From Polyangiales bacterium (lineage in GTDB: Bacteria > Myxococcota_A > Polyangia > Polyangiales > Polyangiaceae): a DNA stretch of 64,000 nucleotides. The notes under the pieces were generated by a model. The model saw only the letters and a list, made by a program, of their open reading frames with translations, searched no databases and was not told where the DNA came from. The stretch's first letter is position 1. Each line of letters starts with the position of its first letter. Shown here piece after piece: positions 50,248-59,075 of the stretch. The DNA lies in contig JBBRLQ010000006.1 of assembly GCA_038231275.1 (NCBI GenBank), positions 64,001 through 128,000 of the forward strand. The letters are read 5' to 3'. The position numbers and the translations under genes were made by a program.

Positions 50248-51279
50248 GTGCGTCCCCTCGTTGCCCTCGCTCTTTTGCCCCTCGTGGCCGCTTGCGGGCC
50301 ATTCTCCGACCTCGTGGACCCCATCCACGTCCCCAAGGACGGCGCCGTCGTCGGCGATCTCGTCGAAGTCAACGACGCACGGTGCGTGACCCCTGCGTCG
50401 CCGACGTACATCGTCTACCAGGCGCAGGCGAGCGGTCGGTCGTTCCGCATCGAGGCGCGCCCCGGCGGCGCGCGCGAAGATCTCACGGCGCGTCTGGAGC
50501 TCTTGGGGCCTGGCGCCGACGACTACGTCAACGCGTCGCCCGACGGCGGCTGGCTCATCGTCGGCACCACGCGCGTAGGCTGCTCCGCCGAGGCGTGCGT
50601 CGCCCTCGCGCGTCGTGACGGGTGCGCAGCGCAGGCGATCGTCGTCGGCGGGAAGCCCATCCCGGCGCGCGGCGTGGCGGCGGTCGCGAGCGGCGGCGCG
50701 GTGGTCGTCTATCCCGCCAAGGGACCTTCACACGATCAGGATCTGTTCGCGGTTCGACGGATCGGCGACGGTTGGAGCGCGCCGGTGAACCTCACGGAGC
50801 ACGGCGCCGCGGCGTTCAACCAGCGGCCCGCCATCTCGGACGACGGCGCGCGCGTCGCGTTCGCGTGTGGTCCGGCGGCGAGCCCGTCGGCGCCAGGGAC
50901 GGCGCTCTGCGAGGTTGGCGTCGACGCGACGGCGCTCCGCACCGTGGCGACGCCGAAGGGCGCGTCGTCGGCAGATGCCTACGTCGGCAGCGCCGATTTC
51001 ACGCCCGGCGGCGGCTTGGTCGCCGAGGCGAGCCTGGCCGACGTCACGCAGCTGTGGACCGTCGCGCCGACCGGGCAGGCCTCGGTCGTCGCGGCAGGCG
51101 TCATCAGCGACACGTCACCGTGCGTCCTCCCCGACGGCCGCGTCGCGAGCGTGTGGGCCGGACGCGATCCCAGCAGCGGCCTCCACGAGCTCAAGCTCGC
51201 CAACGCCGAAGGCGGCGACGCCACGGTGCTCACCCCCGGCGTCGACGTCGCGGACGTCGGGATCGGCTGCTCGCGCTAG
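50248..51279 (+). CDS. TolB-like beta-propeller lipoprotein
   Basis: VAAC lipobox; SPDG / PAISDDG / FTPGG PD40-like repeats. Confidence 0.8.
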   Translation: MRPLVALALLPLVAACGPFSDLVDPIHVPKDGAVVGDLVEVNDARCVTPASPTYIVYQAQASGRSFRIEARPGGAREDLTARLELLGPGADDYVNASPDGGWLIVGTTRVGCSAEACVALARRDGCAAQAIVVGGKPIPARGVAAVASGGAVVVYPAKGPSHDQDLFAVRRIGDGWSAPVNLTEHGAAAFNQRPAISDDGARVAFACGPAASPSAPGTALCEVGVDATALRTVATPKGASSADAYVGSADFTPGGGLVAEASLADVTQLWTVAPTGQASVVAAGVISDTSPCVLPDGRVASVWAGRDPSSGLHELKLANAEGGDATVLTPGVDVADVGIGCSR

Positions 51280-51321
51280 CTGAAATAGCAGCTCAAACAG
51301 CCTAGCAGCCCTAGCAGCCGC

Positions 51322-51822
51322 TCAGGCGCCGCCGTTCGCGGCGAGCCACTCGCGCAGCCGCGCGGCATGCTTCAAATGCGCTTCGCGCGCCCCGGCCTCA
51401 CCTACGATCGTCTTCTCGAGGCGCTCGGCGATCTCGTGCTGGACGTGCCCGTTCTCTTCGTCGTGCGTCGCGAACAGGTCGAGCTCCGCCGCGAAGCCGT
51501 TGAGCTCCGTCTGGCCCTTCCCGCCGGCGACCTTCGCGAGCTCTCGGAACTCGTTCGCCTTGGCGTGCAGCTCCTTCGCGTGACGCTCCAGAACGACCCA
51601 GTTGATCTCGACGTCGCGACGCGCCTGGCGATCGCGCGCCAGCACCGGCTCGAGCTCTTTCGCGCGGTTCTCCTCGAGGCGGATCTGCTCTCGGATGCGC
51701 GCGACGGTATCGGAGGAGAGGAGCGCGACGCCGGGACGCGGCGCGACCGGACCGTCGGCCATGGCGACCGGCGCCGCGAGGAGGAGGAGGGCTGCGACGG
51801 CGAGCGATGCGATTTTATTCAT
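51322..51822 (-). CDS. secreted all-helical hypothetical protein
   Basis: Signal peptide ending AMA-D; coiled-coil character. Confidence 0.75.
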   Translation of the reverse strand: MNKIASLAVAALLLLAAPVAMADGPVAPRPGVALLSSDTVARIREQIRLEENRAKELEPVLARDRQARRDVEINWVVLERHAKELHAKANEFRELAKVAGGKGQTELNGFAAELDLFATHDEENGHVQHEIAERLEKTIVGEAGAREAHLKHAARLREWLAANGGA

Positions 51823-51888
51823 GGGAGGCAAATATCCTTTCGAGTTTCGAAGACGCGCGCGAGCACCCCCGCGCGCGTCGGGCCGATC

Positions 51889-51904
51889 AGCACGACGCAT
51901 GCCA
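51889..51904 (-). promoter_or_regulatory. possible sigma-54 promoter
   Basis: TGGCATG-CGTC-GTGCT with correct GG-N10-GC spacing, about 67 bp upstream of ATG 51822. Confidence 0.45.
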
Positions 51905-52002
51905 CCTCCGCGCACCTGCCAACTCCGCGACGCGCCGCGCGAAGCGGCGTCGTGTGAGAGCGTTCCGATCACAGCCGGGCGATCGCGTCGATCACACGGG
52001 GC

Positions 52003-52456
52003 TCATTTTCCCGCGAGTACCTCGAGCCAGCGCGTCGCCATGAAGCGATGGTACGGCTCGGTCATGTGGATGCCGTCGAGGCAGTCGAAGCGCGCGCGGT
52101 CGGGCGCGGCGGCGATCCGCTCGCTGACGGCGATGACGCGCGCGTGGTGGGCTTCGGCGATCGCGCGTACGCGGGGAGACGCACGGGCGCATCGATCTCC
52201 GCCTCTCCCGCGAGGTCGCGTGTCCCCCAGCAAACGGCGTCGCCCTTGCCGGTCTTGCGCGCGAGCTGGGCGAGGTGCGCGCGCACGCGTTCGTGCACGC
52301 GTCGACGAGGGCAAGACGACGATCATCGCGCGGCGCGGGAGCGAGAGCAGGAACAGGAGCCGGAACAGGCGTCGTCGAAGACGGAGCGGCGCGACACCCC
52401 GCGACGGCGATCACGACGATCGAGAGGATCGCGGCGAGGATCGCGCGCGGGCGCAC
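52003..52456 (-). pseudogene. fragmented SGNH/GDSL-like lipoprotein
   Basis: Lipoprotein leader (VAGC) in one frame and the SGNH-type C-terminus 'LDGIHMT..YHRFMA..W' in another. Confidence 0.55.
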
Positions 52457-52457
52457 T

Positions 52458-53831
52458 TCAGCGCCAGAGCCAGACTTCGCCGCCGACGACCGCCGCGACC
52501 GAGGGAATGCCGCGCGTCTCCGGCGGGCACACGGCGAGCGCGCGAACGCCGTTCGGCGCAGGGAGGCGCGCGCGCGGCCGCAGTCCCTGCGGCGCCCACG
52601 ACGAAATCAGGAGCGCGTCGTCACCCGCGTCGCTCGTGGTGACGATCTCGGGGACGCCGTCGAGATCGAGATCGCCGACCGCGATCTGCGCGCCTGCGCC
52701 CTCCACCGAGAGCGACTGGTCCCCAAAGCGGATCCGCAACTTTCCACCTGGCTCGCGGTCGACCCAGATCGGCTTCACCGATCCGTCGCGCTGCACGATC
52801 TCGGCGCTCGCGAACGCGTCGAACTTCCTGCCGGGAGGCGACGCGAGCACCGCCGGACGCGCGTCTTGGGCGGCGCACGCCGTGACGTCCCCTTCGAAAA
52901 TTTGCGACTCGGGACTGGCGTGCGCGCACCCGCCGTCCTTCGCGAGCGGCACCGGCACGCCGACGAGCGACGCGGCCGGCGCCAGGTTCTGATCGAGCTG
53001 CACGCCGCCGCGGTCGGTGATGCCCACGAGCAGCGCGCCCGGCCCACGAATGACTGCCCCCGCCAGCGGCTCCCGCAGCGGCACGCCCACGCGCGGAGAG
53101 AGCGCGGACCACGGCGCGGCGCGACCGAGCGCGAGCTTGCCGGCCTTCAGGTGCCCGAGCACCACGCGCGCGCGCGACACGAACGCGAGCTCCATCCCGC
53201 CGTCGCCGTCGAGATCCCCGCAGCCGAGCGCGAGCACCTCGCCCTCGTCGTGCTTGGCTCTGTGGAGGCTCGCCTGCTCGAGGAGGATCGGCGTCAAGAA
53301 CGCGCGCACCTCCGCGTCGATCGCCCCCGACGCGAACGCGTGCGCGAGCGGCGCAGGCGCGGCGATGCGCACGCGGTCCCACGCGTTCGCCATCGACGGG
53401 TACAGATCGGCGGTGACGCGCACCTCCCCTTTCGCGACCTCGACCTGCAGGAACACCAGCGCGCCGGCTTTTCCTGCCGTCGCTCGCGCCGCGGCGAGCG
53501 GCTCCGCCTTGCCATGTGGCCGCGCGGTCCCGCCGATTTTTCCGGCCACGAGTTGCGCGACGCGCACGCTCAGCTCGTCCCCCTTGGGCGAGGGTTGATC
53601 GCTCGCGAGCGGCGACGCGATCACCACCGCCGACGCCGGCACCGCACCGAGACCCTTCACCACCTCCGGCGCGATCGTCGCGAGCGCGCTGGCCGCTGAG
53701 GCGCGCGTCGTCGCCGTCGCTCCCGTCACGATCACGGCAAGCGCGCAAACGAGCCGAATCCGCGCGCGTACGCCGCCCGCGTCACTGCGGCGTGGTGGTG
53801 CTGCTGCTACTACTGTCCTCGGTTCCAGCAT
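52458..53831 (-). CDS. exported FG-GAP/VCBS-repeat protein
   Basis: GDLDGDGGME and GDLDLDGVPE motifs; start uncertain. Confidence 0.75.
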   Translation of the reverse strand: MLEPRTVVAAAPPRRSDAGGVRARIRLVCALAVIVTGATATTRASAASALATIAPEVVKGLGAVPASAVVIASPLASDQPSPKGDELSVRVAQLVAGKIGGTARPHGKAEPLAAARATAGKAGALVFLQVEVAKGEVRVTADLYPSMANAWDRVRIAAPAPLAHAFASGAIDAEVRAFLTPILLEQASLHRAKHDEGEVLALGCGDLDGDGGMELAFVSRARVVLGHLKAGKLALGRAAPWSALSPRVGVPLREPLAGAVIRGPGALLVGITDRGGVQLDQNLAPAASLVGVPVPLAKDGGCAHASPESQIFEGDVTACAAQDARPAVLASPPGRKFDAFASAEIVQRDGSVKPIWVDREPGGKLRIRFGDQSLSVEGAGAQIAVGDLDLDGVPEIVTTSDAGDDALLISSWAPQGLRPRARLPAPNGVRALAVCPPETRGIPSVAAVVGGEVWLWR

Positions 53832-56310
53832 CCGGTACGTAGGGCTCGCTCACGTCCGTCGGCTCGGTGCCTGCGAGGAAGACCTCGTCGATGGCGTCCG
53901 GGTCGTCGGGATAGGCGAGCTTGCCCGAGTGCTTGTCGATGCTAACCGTGACGACCCCCGCCGCGCGCGGGAATTCGCTCGGCGGCTTGTGCTCGTGAGC
54001 GGCGCGCATGAAGCTGATCCAGGCCGGGAGCGCAGTTCCACCGCCGGTCTCCGCGCCACCCAGGGGCCGTCCGTCGTCGTAGCCGACCCATGTGCACGCC
54101 GCGGTCTCCGTGGAGTACCCGGCGAACCACGTGTCCTTCGACTGGTTGCTGGTGCCGGTCTTGCCGGCGAGCGGCCGTTTCAGCTCCTTGGCCTTTGCGC
54201 CGGTCCCGTGGTCGACGACGCTCGTGAGCATGCTCGTGACGACGTACGCCTCCGCCTCGTCCATCACGCGGTGCGGCGGCGCGAGCGGCTTCAGGTCGAC
54301 GTCCTTGCCGTCGGGACCGACGATCCGCGTGATGACGCGCGGCGGCTCGTACATGCCGCCGGCCGCGAAGGTCGAGTACGCGGCGCAGAGATCCATCGGC
54401 GACACCTCGTAGCTGCCGAGCGCGAGCGAGAGATCCGGCTTGAGCTGCGACGTGATGCCGAGCGACTGCGCCCACGGCACGACGTTCCCGGGCCCCACGT
54501 CGTCGAGCACCCGCACGGCGACGACGTTGACGGAGTTGGCGAGCGCCTCGCGGAGCCGGAGGGGATCGTGCCCGGTCCATCCTTCGTAGTTGCTCGGCTT
54601 GTATCCGCCGGCGAACGTCTCGGGGTTCACGTCGACGAGCGTGGCCGGAGTGTAGCGGCGCGAGTGGATCGCGTACGAGTACACGATCGGCTTGAACGTG
54701 GACCCTGGTTGGCGCCGCGAGCTCGTCGCGCGATCGAGGCCCCCCGGGGCGGCCTCGTAGTTGCCGACCAAGGCGAGGATCTGACGCGTGCGCACATCGA
54801 CGGCGACGAACGCGCCTTCGGGGCCCGACTCGAGGCGCAGCGGCGTTTTGGAAACGGGCGCGCCTGCGTCGCCGCCGAACGACGCGCCGGTGTTGGGCGG
54901 CGGCGCGAGGAGACTCACGCGAACGTGCGCGCCCGTGGGTGCGAACGCGCTCGGCGCGAGCTTGTCGGGATTGTATCGCTGGTAGTCCGTGACGCGGACG
55001 CTGCCGAGGAGTGTTCCGACGCGCACGTCGAACGTCCCGTCTACGTCGTTCGCGCCGACGACCGTGCCCACAAGCACCTTGTGCTGCTCGAACGCCGGCG
55101 TCCCTTCGAAGGGCGGCCCGAATTGCGGCGGGGCCGGCCGCGGCGCCTTGCCCTTCCCGCTGCTCGCGATCGCCGGTGACTTCAAGGGTCCCGAGAGGCC
55201 GTGACGCTTGTCGTACGCGGCGAGATTGTCCCGCACGGCCTTGCGCGCGGCCGCCTGGAGGCGCGGATCGATCGTCGTCGTGATCGTGAACCCGCCACGC
55301 GCCGCGCGCGCCGGCTCGAGATCGTGCAGCATCTTGCGCGCGATCTCGACCGCCTCCGGCGCGAGCTCGTTCGACGCCTCGTTGCCGAGCGACAGACGCA
55401 CCGGCTCGTCCTTCGCCGCGTCATACTGCGCGTCGTTCAGGAACGCCTTCTCGTGCATCTGCCCGAGCACGAACGCGCGACGCGCGAGGGCGCGCTTGAG
55501 ATCGCGGCGCGGCGAATAGATCTCCGGTCCCGCCGGCAGGCCCGCGAGCATCGCCGCCTCCGCGATCGTGAGCTCCTTCGCGCTCTTGCCGAACGTGCCG
55601 CGCGCCGCCTCTTCGATCCCGTAGCGGCCGTGCCCGAAGTAGATGTGGTTCAAATAGAGCTCGAGGATCTCGTCCTTCGACAGCTCTTGCTCGAGGCGCC
55701 GCGCCAGGAGCGCTTCGCGGATCTTCCTCCTGTACGTGCGCTCGGGATCGAGGAGCAGGTTCTTCACGACCTGCTGCGTGATCGTCGAGCCCCCTTGCCG
55801 CGTGCGACGCGCGCGCATGTTCACGACGAGCGCGCGGAGGATGCCCCAGTAGTTGAGCCCCTCGTGCTCGTAGAAGCCCGCGTCCTCGGCGGCCAGCACC
55901 GCGAGCTTCACGTGCGCCGGCAGATCTTTCACGGCCACGACGGTGCGGCGCTCGGTGAAGAGCTCGGCGAGGAGCGTCCCGTCGCGCGCGAGCACGCGCG
56001 TCGTCTGGGACGGGTGATAGCTCGCGCGCAGATCGGCGACGCTCGGGAGATCGGCCTCGTAGTGCTTGATGACCGCGAGGACCGTCACCGTCGAGATCAG
56101 CGCGAGGACGAACACGGCGATCGCGAGGCGCCTCGACCACTTGATCGCGGCCGCGCGGAAGCGCAGCCATCGGGCGCGGCGCGTGCTCGGCGCCTTCGGC
56201 GTGCCCCCTTCGAGCGTGGCCTTGGCCGTCGACTTCGGCTTCTCCTTCGGAGGCGGCTTGGGGTCGTCGTTCGCCATGCTCTTCTTGGGAGGAACGCTCG
56301 AGCTCGCCAC
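53782..56310 (-). CDS. mrcA: penicillin-binding protein 1A (bifunctional transglycosylase/transpeptidase)
   Basis: AAED..FYEH.G, GGSTITQQ, RKIRE, STFK, SVN and KTGT motifs. Confidence 0.93.
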   Translation of the reverse strand: MASSSVPPKKSMANDDPKPPPKEKPKSTAKATLEGGTPKAPSTRRARWLRFRAAAIKWSRRLAIAVFVLALISTVTVLAVIKHYEADLPSVADLRASYHPSQTTRVLARDGTLLAELFTERRTVVAVKDLPAHVKLAVLAAEDAGFYEHEGLNYWGILRALVVNMRARRTRQGGSTITQQVVKNLLLDPERTYRRKIREALLARRLEQELSKDEILELYLNHIYFGHGRYGIEEAARGTFGKSAKELTIAEAAMLAGLPAGPEIYSPRRDLKRALARRAFVLGQMHEKAFLNDAQYDAAKDEPVRLSLGNEASNELAPEAVEIARKMLHDLEPARAARGGFTITTTIDPRLQAAARKAVRDNLAAYDKRHGLSGPLKSPAIASSGKGKAPRPAPPQFGPPFEGTPAFEQHKVLVGTVVGANDVDGTFDVRVGTLLGSVRVTDYQRYNPDKLAPSAFAPTGAHVRVSLLAPPPNTGASFGGDAGAPVSKTPLRLESGPEGAFVAVDVRTRQILALVGNYEAAPGGLDRATSSRRQPGSTFKPIVYSYAIHSRRYTPATLVDVNPETFAGGYKPSNYEGWTGHDPLRLREALANSVNVVAVRVLDDVGPGNVVPWAQSLGITSQLKPDLSLALGSYEVSPMDLCAAYSTFAAGGMYEPPRVITRIVGPDGKDVDLKPLAPPHRVMDEAEAYVVTSMLTSVVDHGTGAKAKELKRPLAGKTGTSNQSKDTWFAGYSTETAACTWVGYDDGRPLGGAETGGGTALPAWISFMRAAHEHKPPSEFPRAAGVVTVSIDKHSGKLAYPDDPDAIDEVFLAGTEPTDVSEPYVPDAGTEDSSSSSTTTPQ

Positions 56311-56329
56311 GGGCTTCCGTGCTCCGTCG

Positions 56330-57475
56330 TCAGCGAACGAGCTTCATGACGATGACCGCGAGCATGGCCCCCACGACCAGGAACGCCAGACCCACGCCGA
56401 GGAGGAGCCCGATCGACGCGCGCGCCGGCACCGCGGCCGCCCGTTGCGGAAGCGGCGACGAGGACGGCGAGCTCTGCGGACTATGCACGGGCGTCGCGGG
56501 CTTCGTCTGGCTCGGCGAGTCGCTGGGCAGGGCCTGCGCGCCCGCCGCGGGCGCCGGCGCAGCGGTCCGTGACATGAGGTGCGGCGGCAGCTCGGTCGCG
56601 CCGCGGAGCACGTACTGCATCGCCTCGGCGAAATCGGCGGCGGACGCGTACCGCTCCTCGGACTTCTTCGCGAGCGCGCGCGCGATGACGGGCCAGAGGA
56701 GCGGCGGAAACTTCTTCGTCGGCGCGCGATCCTGGAGGGTGATCGGCGGCACCGTCACGTGCAGCTGGATGTACTCCATCGCCGTCTTCGCCTCGAACGG
56801 AAGCTTGCCGGTCAGGACCTCGTACAAGATGACGGCGAGCGAATAAATGTCGCTGCCGGCGTCCAGCGTCTTTCCCTGCGCTTGCTCGGGGCTCATGAAC
56901 TCGGGCGTCCCGAAGACCATGCCCTCCTGCGTGAGGATGAGCGACCCCGGCCGCATCTCGCGCTCGGTCACCTTCGCGAGGCCGAAGTCGAGCACCTTCG
57001 CGAAGTCCTTCATCCCGCCTTGAACGCAGAGGAAGATGTTCTCGGGCTTCAAGTCGCGGTGGATGATGCCCTGCTTGTGCGCCTCGTCGAGCGCGCCGCA
57101 CGCCTGGATCAAGATCGGCAGGGCCCGCTCCACCGGCAACGGGCCTTCGCTGCGCACCGTCTGGTTCACGTTCTTGCCGTCCAGGTACTCCATGATGATG
57201 TAGAGGGACCCGTCCTCCAGCTCGCCATACAGGAAGACCTTCACCGTGTTCGGGTGGGTCAGGTGGCTCATCGCGCGCGCCTCGCGGCGGAAGCGGCTGA
57301 CGAGATCTTTCCTGTTGGTGAGCTTCGGGTGGAGGATCTTCACCGCCACCATGCGGTTCATGTCCCGCTGGAGCGCTTTGTAGACGCTCCCCATCCCACC
57401 AGAGCCGATCTTCTGGAGGATCTGGAACTGGCCGTTCAGGATGTCCCGGCCGATGAACGTGTCCTGCGGGCGCAC
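56330..57475 (-). CDS. Ser/Thr protein kinase with C-terminal TM helix
   Basis: GSGGMG, VAVK, HRDLKPEN, DFG and GTPEFMSPE motifs. Confidence 0.95.
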   Translation of the reverse strand: MRPQDTFIGRDILNGQFQILQKIGSGGMGSVYKALQRDMNRMVAVKILHPKLTNRKDLVSRFRREARAMSHLTHPNTVKVFLYGELEDGSLYIIMEYLDGKNVNQTVRSEGPLPVERALPILIQACGALDEAHKQGIIHRDLKPENIFLCVQGGMKDFAKVLDFGLAKVTEREMRPGSLILTQEGMVFGTPEFMSPEQAQGKTLDAGSDIYSLAVILYEVLTGKLPFEAKTAMEYIQLHVTVPPITLQDRAPTKKFPPLLWPVIARALAKKSEERYASAADFAEAMQYVLRGATELPPHLMSRTAAPAPAAGAQALPSDSPSQTKPATPVHSPQSSPSSSPLPQRAAAVPARASIGLLLGVGLAFLVVGAMLAVIVMKLVR

Positions 57476-57516
57476 GAGGACGTTCGTGATAACACGCTTT
57501 CCACGGAGGTTCGACC

Positions 57517-58203
57517 GTGCCCGACGCGAGCGCCATCTTGACGAGCCCGCTCCTCTCCAAGCATGGCTTCGTGCACGGCTTTTCGCTGCGCGTGGAGGAG
57601 CCAGGAGTCGCGATGCGCGCCCTCGTCGCGCCGCGACAGCTCTTCCAGGCGTACCAGGTGCATGGCGCGGCGGTCGTGCACGCGGGAGGTGACGTGGAGG
57701 CGATGAGGCAGGTGCATGCCGATGCGCTGATCGCGCGCGCGCCGTTTGCCGTTGGCGTGCGCGTCGCCGACTGCGTGCCGGTGCTCGTCGGCGCGCGCGG
57801 CAGTGGGAGCGTCGCGGCGATCCACGCGGGGTGGCGTGGCGTGGTGCTCGGCGTGATACCGGCTGCGCTCGCCGAGCTGCGAAAGGACGGCGAGTCCCGC
57901 CTCGTGGTCGCGATCGGCCCGTGCATTGGACCGTGCTGCTTCGAGGTTGGCCTCGACGTCGCTGAGCGGATCGCGGACGCCTCTCACGGTGCGCCGGTGG
58001 TCGTGCGGCGCGAGGGCGAGAAGGCCTACGTCGATCTCCGAGCGGCGGTCCGCGCGCAACTCTCGGCCGCGGGCGTTGCGGCCGCCGACGTCGACGACGT
58101 CCCCGGGTGCACGAAGTGCGATCCGGCGCGCTTCTTTTCGTTTCGCCGCGACGGGGCGAACGCGGGGCGACACCTCGGCGTCATCGCGGCGCGATCGGTC
58201 TAG
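57517..58203 (+). CDS. pgeF: peptidoglycan editing factor / YfiH family
   Basis: QVHG, ADCVPV, HAGWRG, GPCIG..CFEV and FFSFRR motifs. Confidence 0.93.
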   Translation: MPDASAILTSPLLSKHGFVHGFSLRVEEPGVAMRALVAPRQLFQAYQVHGAAVVHAGGDVEAMRQVHADALIARAPFAVGVRVADCVPVLVGARGSGSVAAIHAGWRGVVLGVIPAALAELRKDGESRLVVAIGPCIGPCCFEVGLDVAERIADASHGAPVVVRREGEKAYVDLRAAVRAQLSAAGVAAADVDDVPGCTKCDPARFFSFRRDGANAGRHLGVIAARSV

Positions 58204-58973
58204 CCCCGACTCTTCGGGCTCCGTCGCCCCTTTGCTCGCTGCGCGAATCGGAACGCGCGAAGCGTCCGCAGATCGGCGCGCTCGGCCTCGACCATCGCGA
58301 GGTCCGGGCCGCCGGGCGAGCGCTGGAGCACCCATTCGCGCAGCATTTCCCACGCGGCGATGTTCTGCGCCGGGCGTGTGTACATCGCCATGCAGAGATC
58401 CGGCATCGTGCGGATCACGTGCGCGATGGGGTTCATGTAGAGACGCAGGACCAGGCTTCCCGTGAGCGACACGAGCTCGCGCGCCACATCGAGGTCTGCG
58501 GCGGCGATCTTGGCGGGGCCTTGCGCGCGCTCGACTGCGGCCTTTAGCGCGCTCAGAGCGCGATCGAAATAGTCGAACTGCTCCTCGCTCGGAGAGCGGC
58601 GAAGGCGAACGAGCGCAGCGCGAATGAGCTGGCGGCGCACGAGGAGCAGGTCGGCGATTCGCTCGATGCGGAGTGCGTCATCGAGGTTGAAGCTGATGAG
58701 CCGCTCGAGGAACTCCGGGCCCCCTTCCTCCGGGATGGGGAGGACGTAGTAGCCGCTACCTTGGCGCGGGCTGACGAGCTTCAGCCCCTCAAGCTGAGCG
58801 AGCGCGCTCCGCATGGTGGTTCGCGCGACGCCGAATCTTTCGCAGAGCGCACGCTCGCTGGGGATTCGGTCGCTGTGAATTCCACGAAGAATTTCATCGC
58901 GTAAGGTCGTGGCCACGAGCTCCGAGGTGGTGCGGTGGGGGTTGGGGCTGCGGTGGCGGTAGGGGCGCTGCAA
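58200..58973 (-). CDS. GntR family regulator, FadR-like
   Basis: IPSERALCERFGVARTTMRSAL...GSG winged HTH followed by a helical effector domain. Confidence 0.9.
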   Translation of the reverse strand: MQRPYRHRSPNPHRTTSELVATTLRDEILRGIHSDRIPSERALCERFGVARTTMRSALAQLEGLKLVSPRQGSGYYVLPIPEEGGPEFLERLISFNLDDALRIERIADLLLVRRQLIRAALVRLRRSPSEEQFDYFDRALSALKAAVERAQGPAKIAAADLDVARELVSLTGSLVLRLYMNPIAHVIRTMPDLCMAMYTRPAQNIAAWEMLREWVLQRSPGGPDLAMVEAERADLRTLRAFRFAQRAKGRRSPKSRG

Positions 58974-59001
58974 GTTGTATTACAAATTTGTAATACAACT
59001 T
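58972..59001. promoter_or_regulatory. perfect 30-bp palindrome, probable GntR/FadR operator
   Basis: AAGTTGTATTACAAA|TTTGTAATACAACTT, containing two TTGT-N2-TACAA boxes. Confidence 0.85.
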
Positions 59002-59075
59002 TTGCCAGGATGCACGCCTCGTCCAAACCCCGTGGCCCTCCCCTGCTGGCCGCCATCCGGGTAATGTCTCCACCG

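Noticed and set aside
45941-50302. 1453-aa - strand ORF and overlapping 1215-aa + strand ORF, suggesting giant overlapping genes
   Set aside because: Each is a real gene extended by the antisense frame of its divergent neighbour; only 45941-47305 (-) and ~47408-50173 (+) are protein-like
51277-51321. Short TAGCAGC(C) repeats between convergent genes
   Set aside because: Too short and irregular, with no second locus in the window
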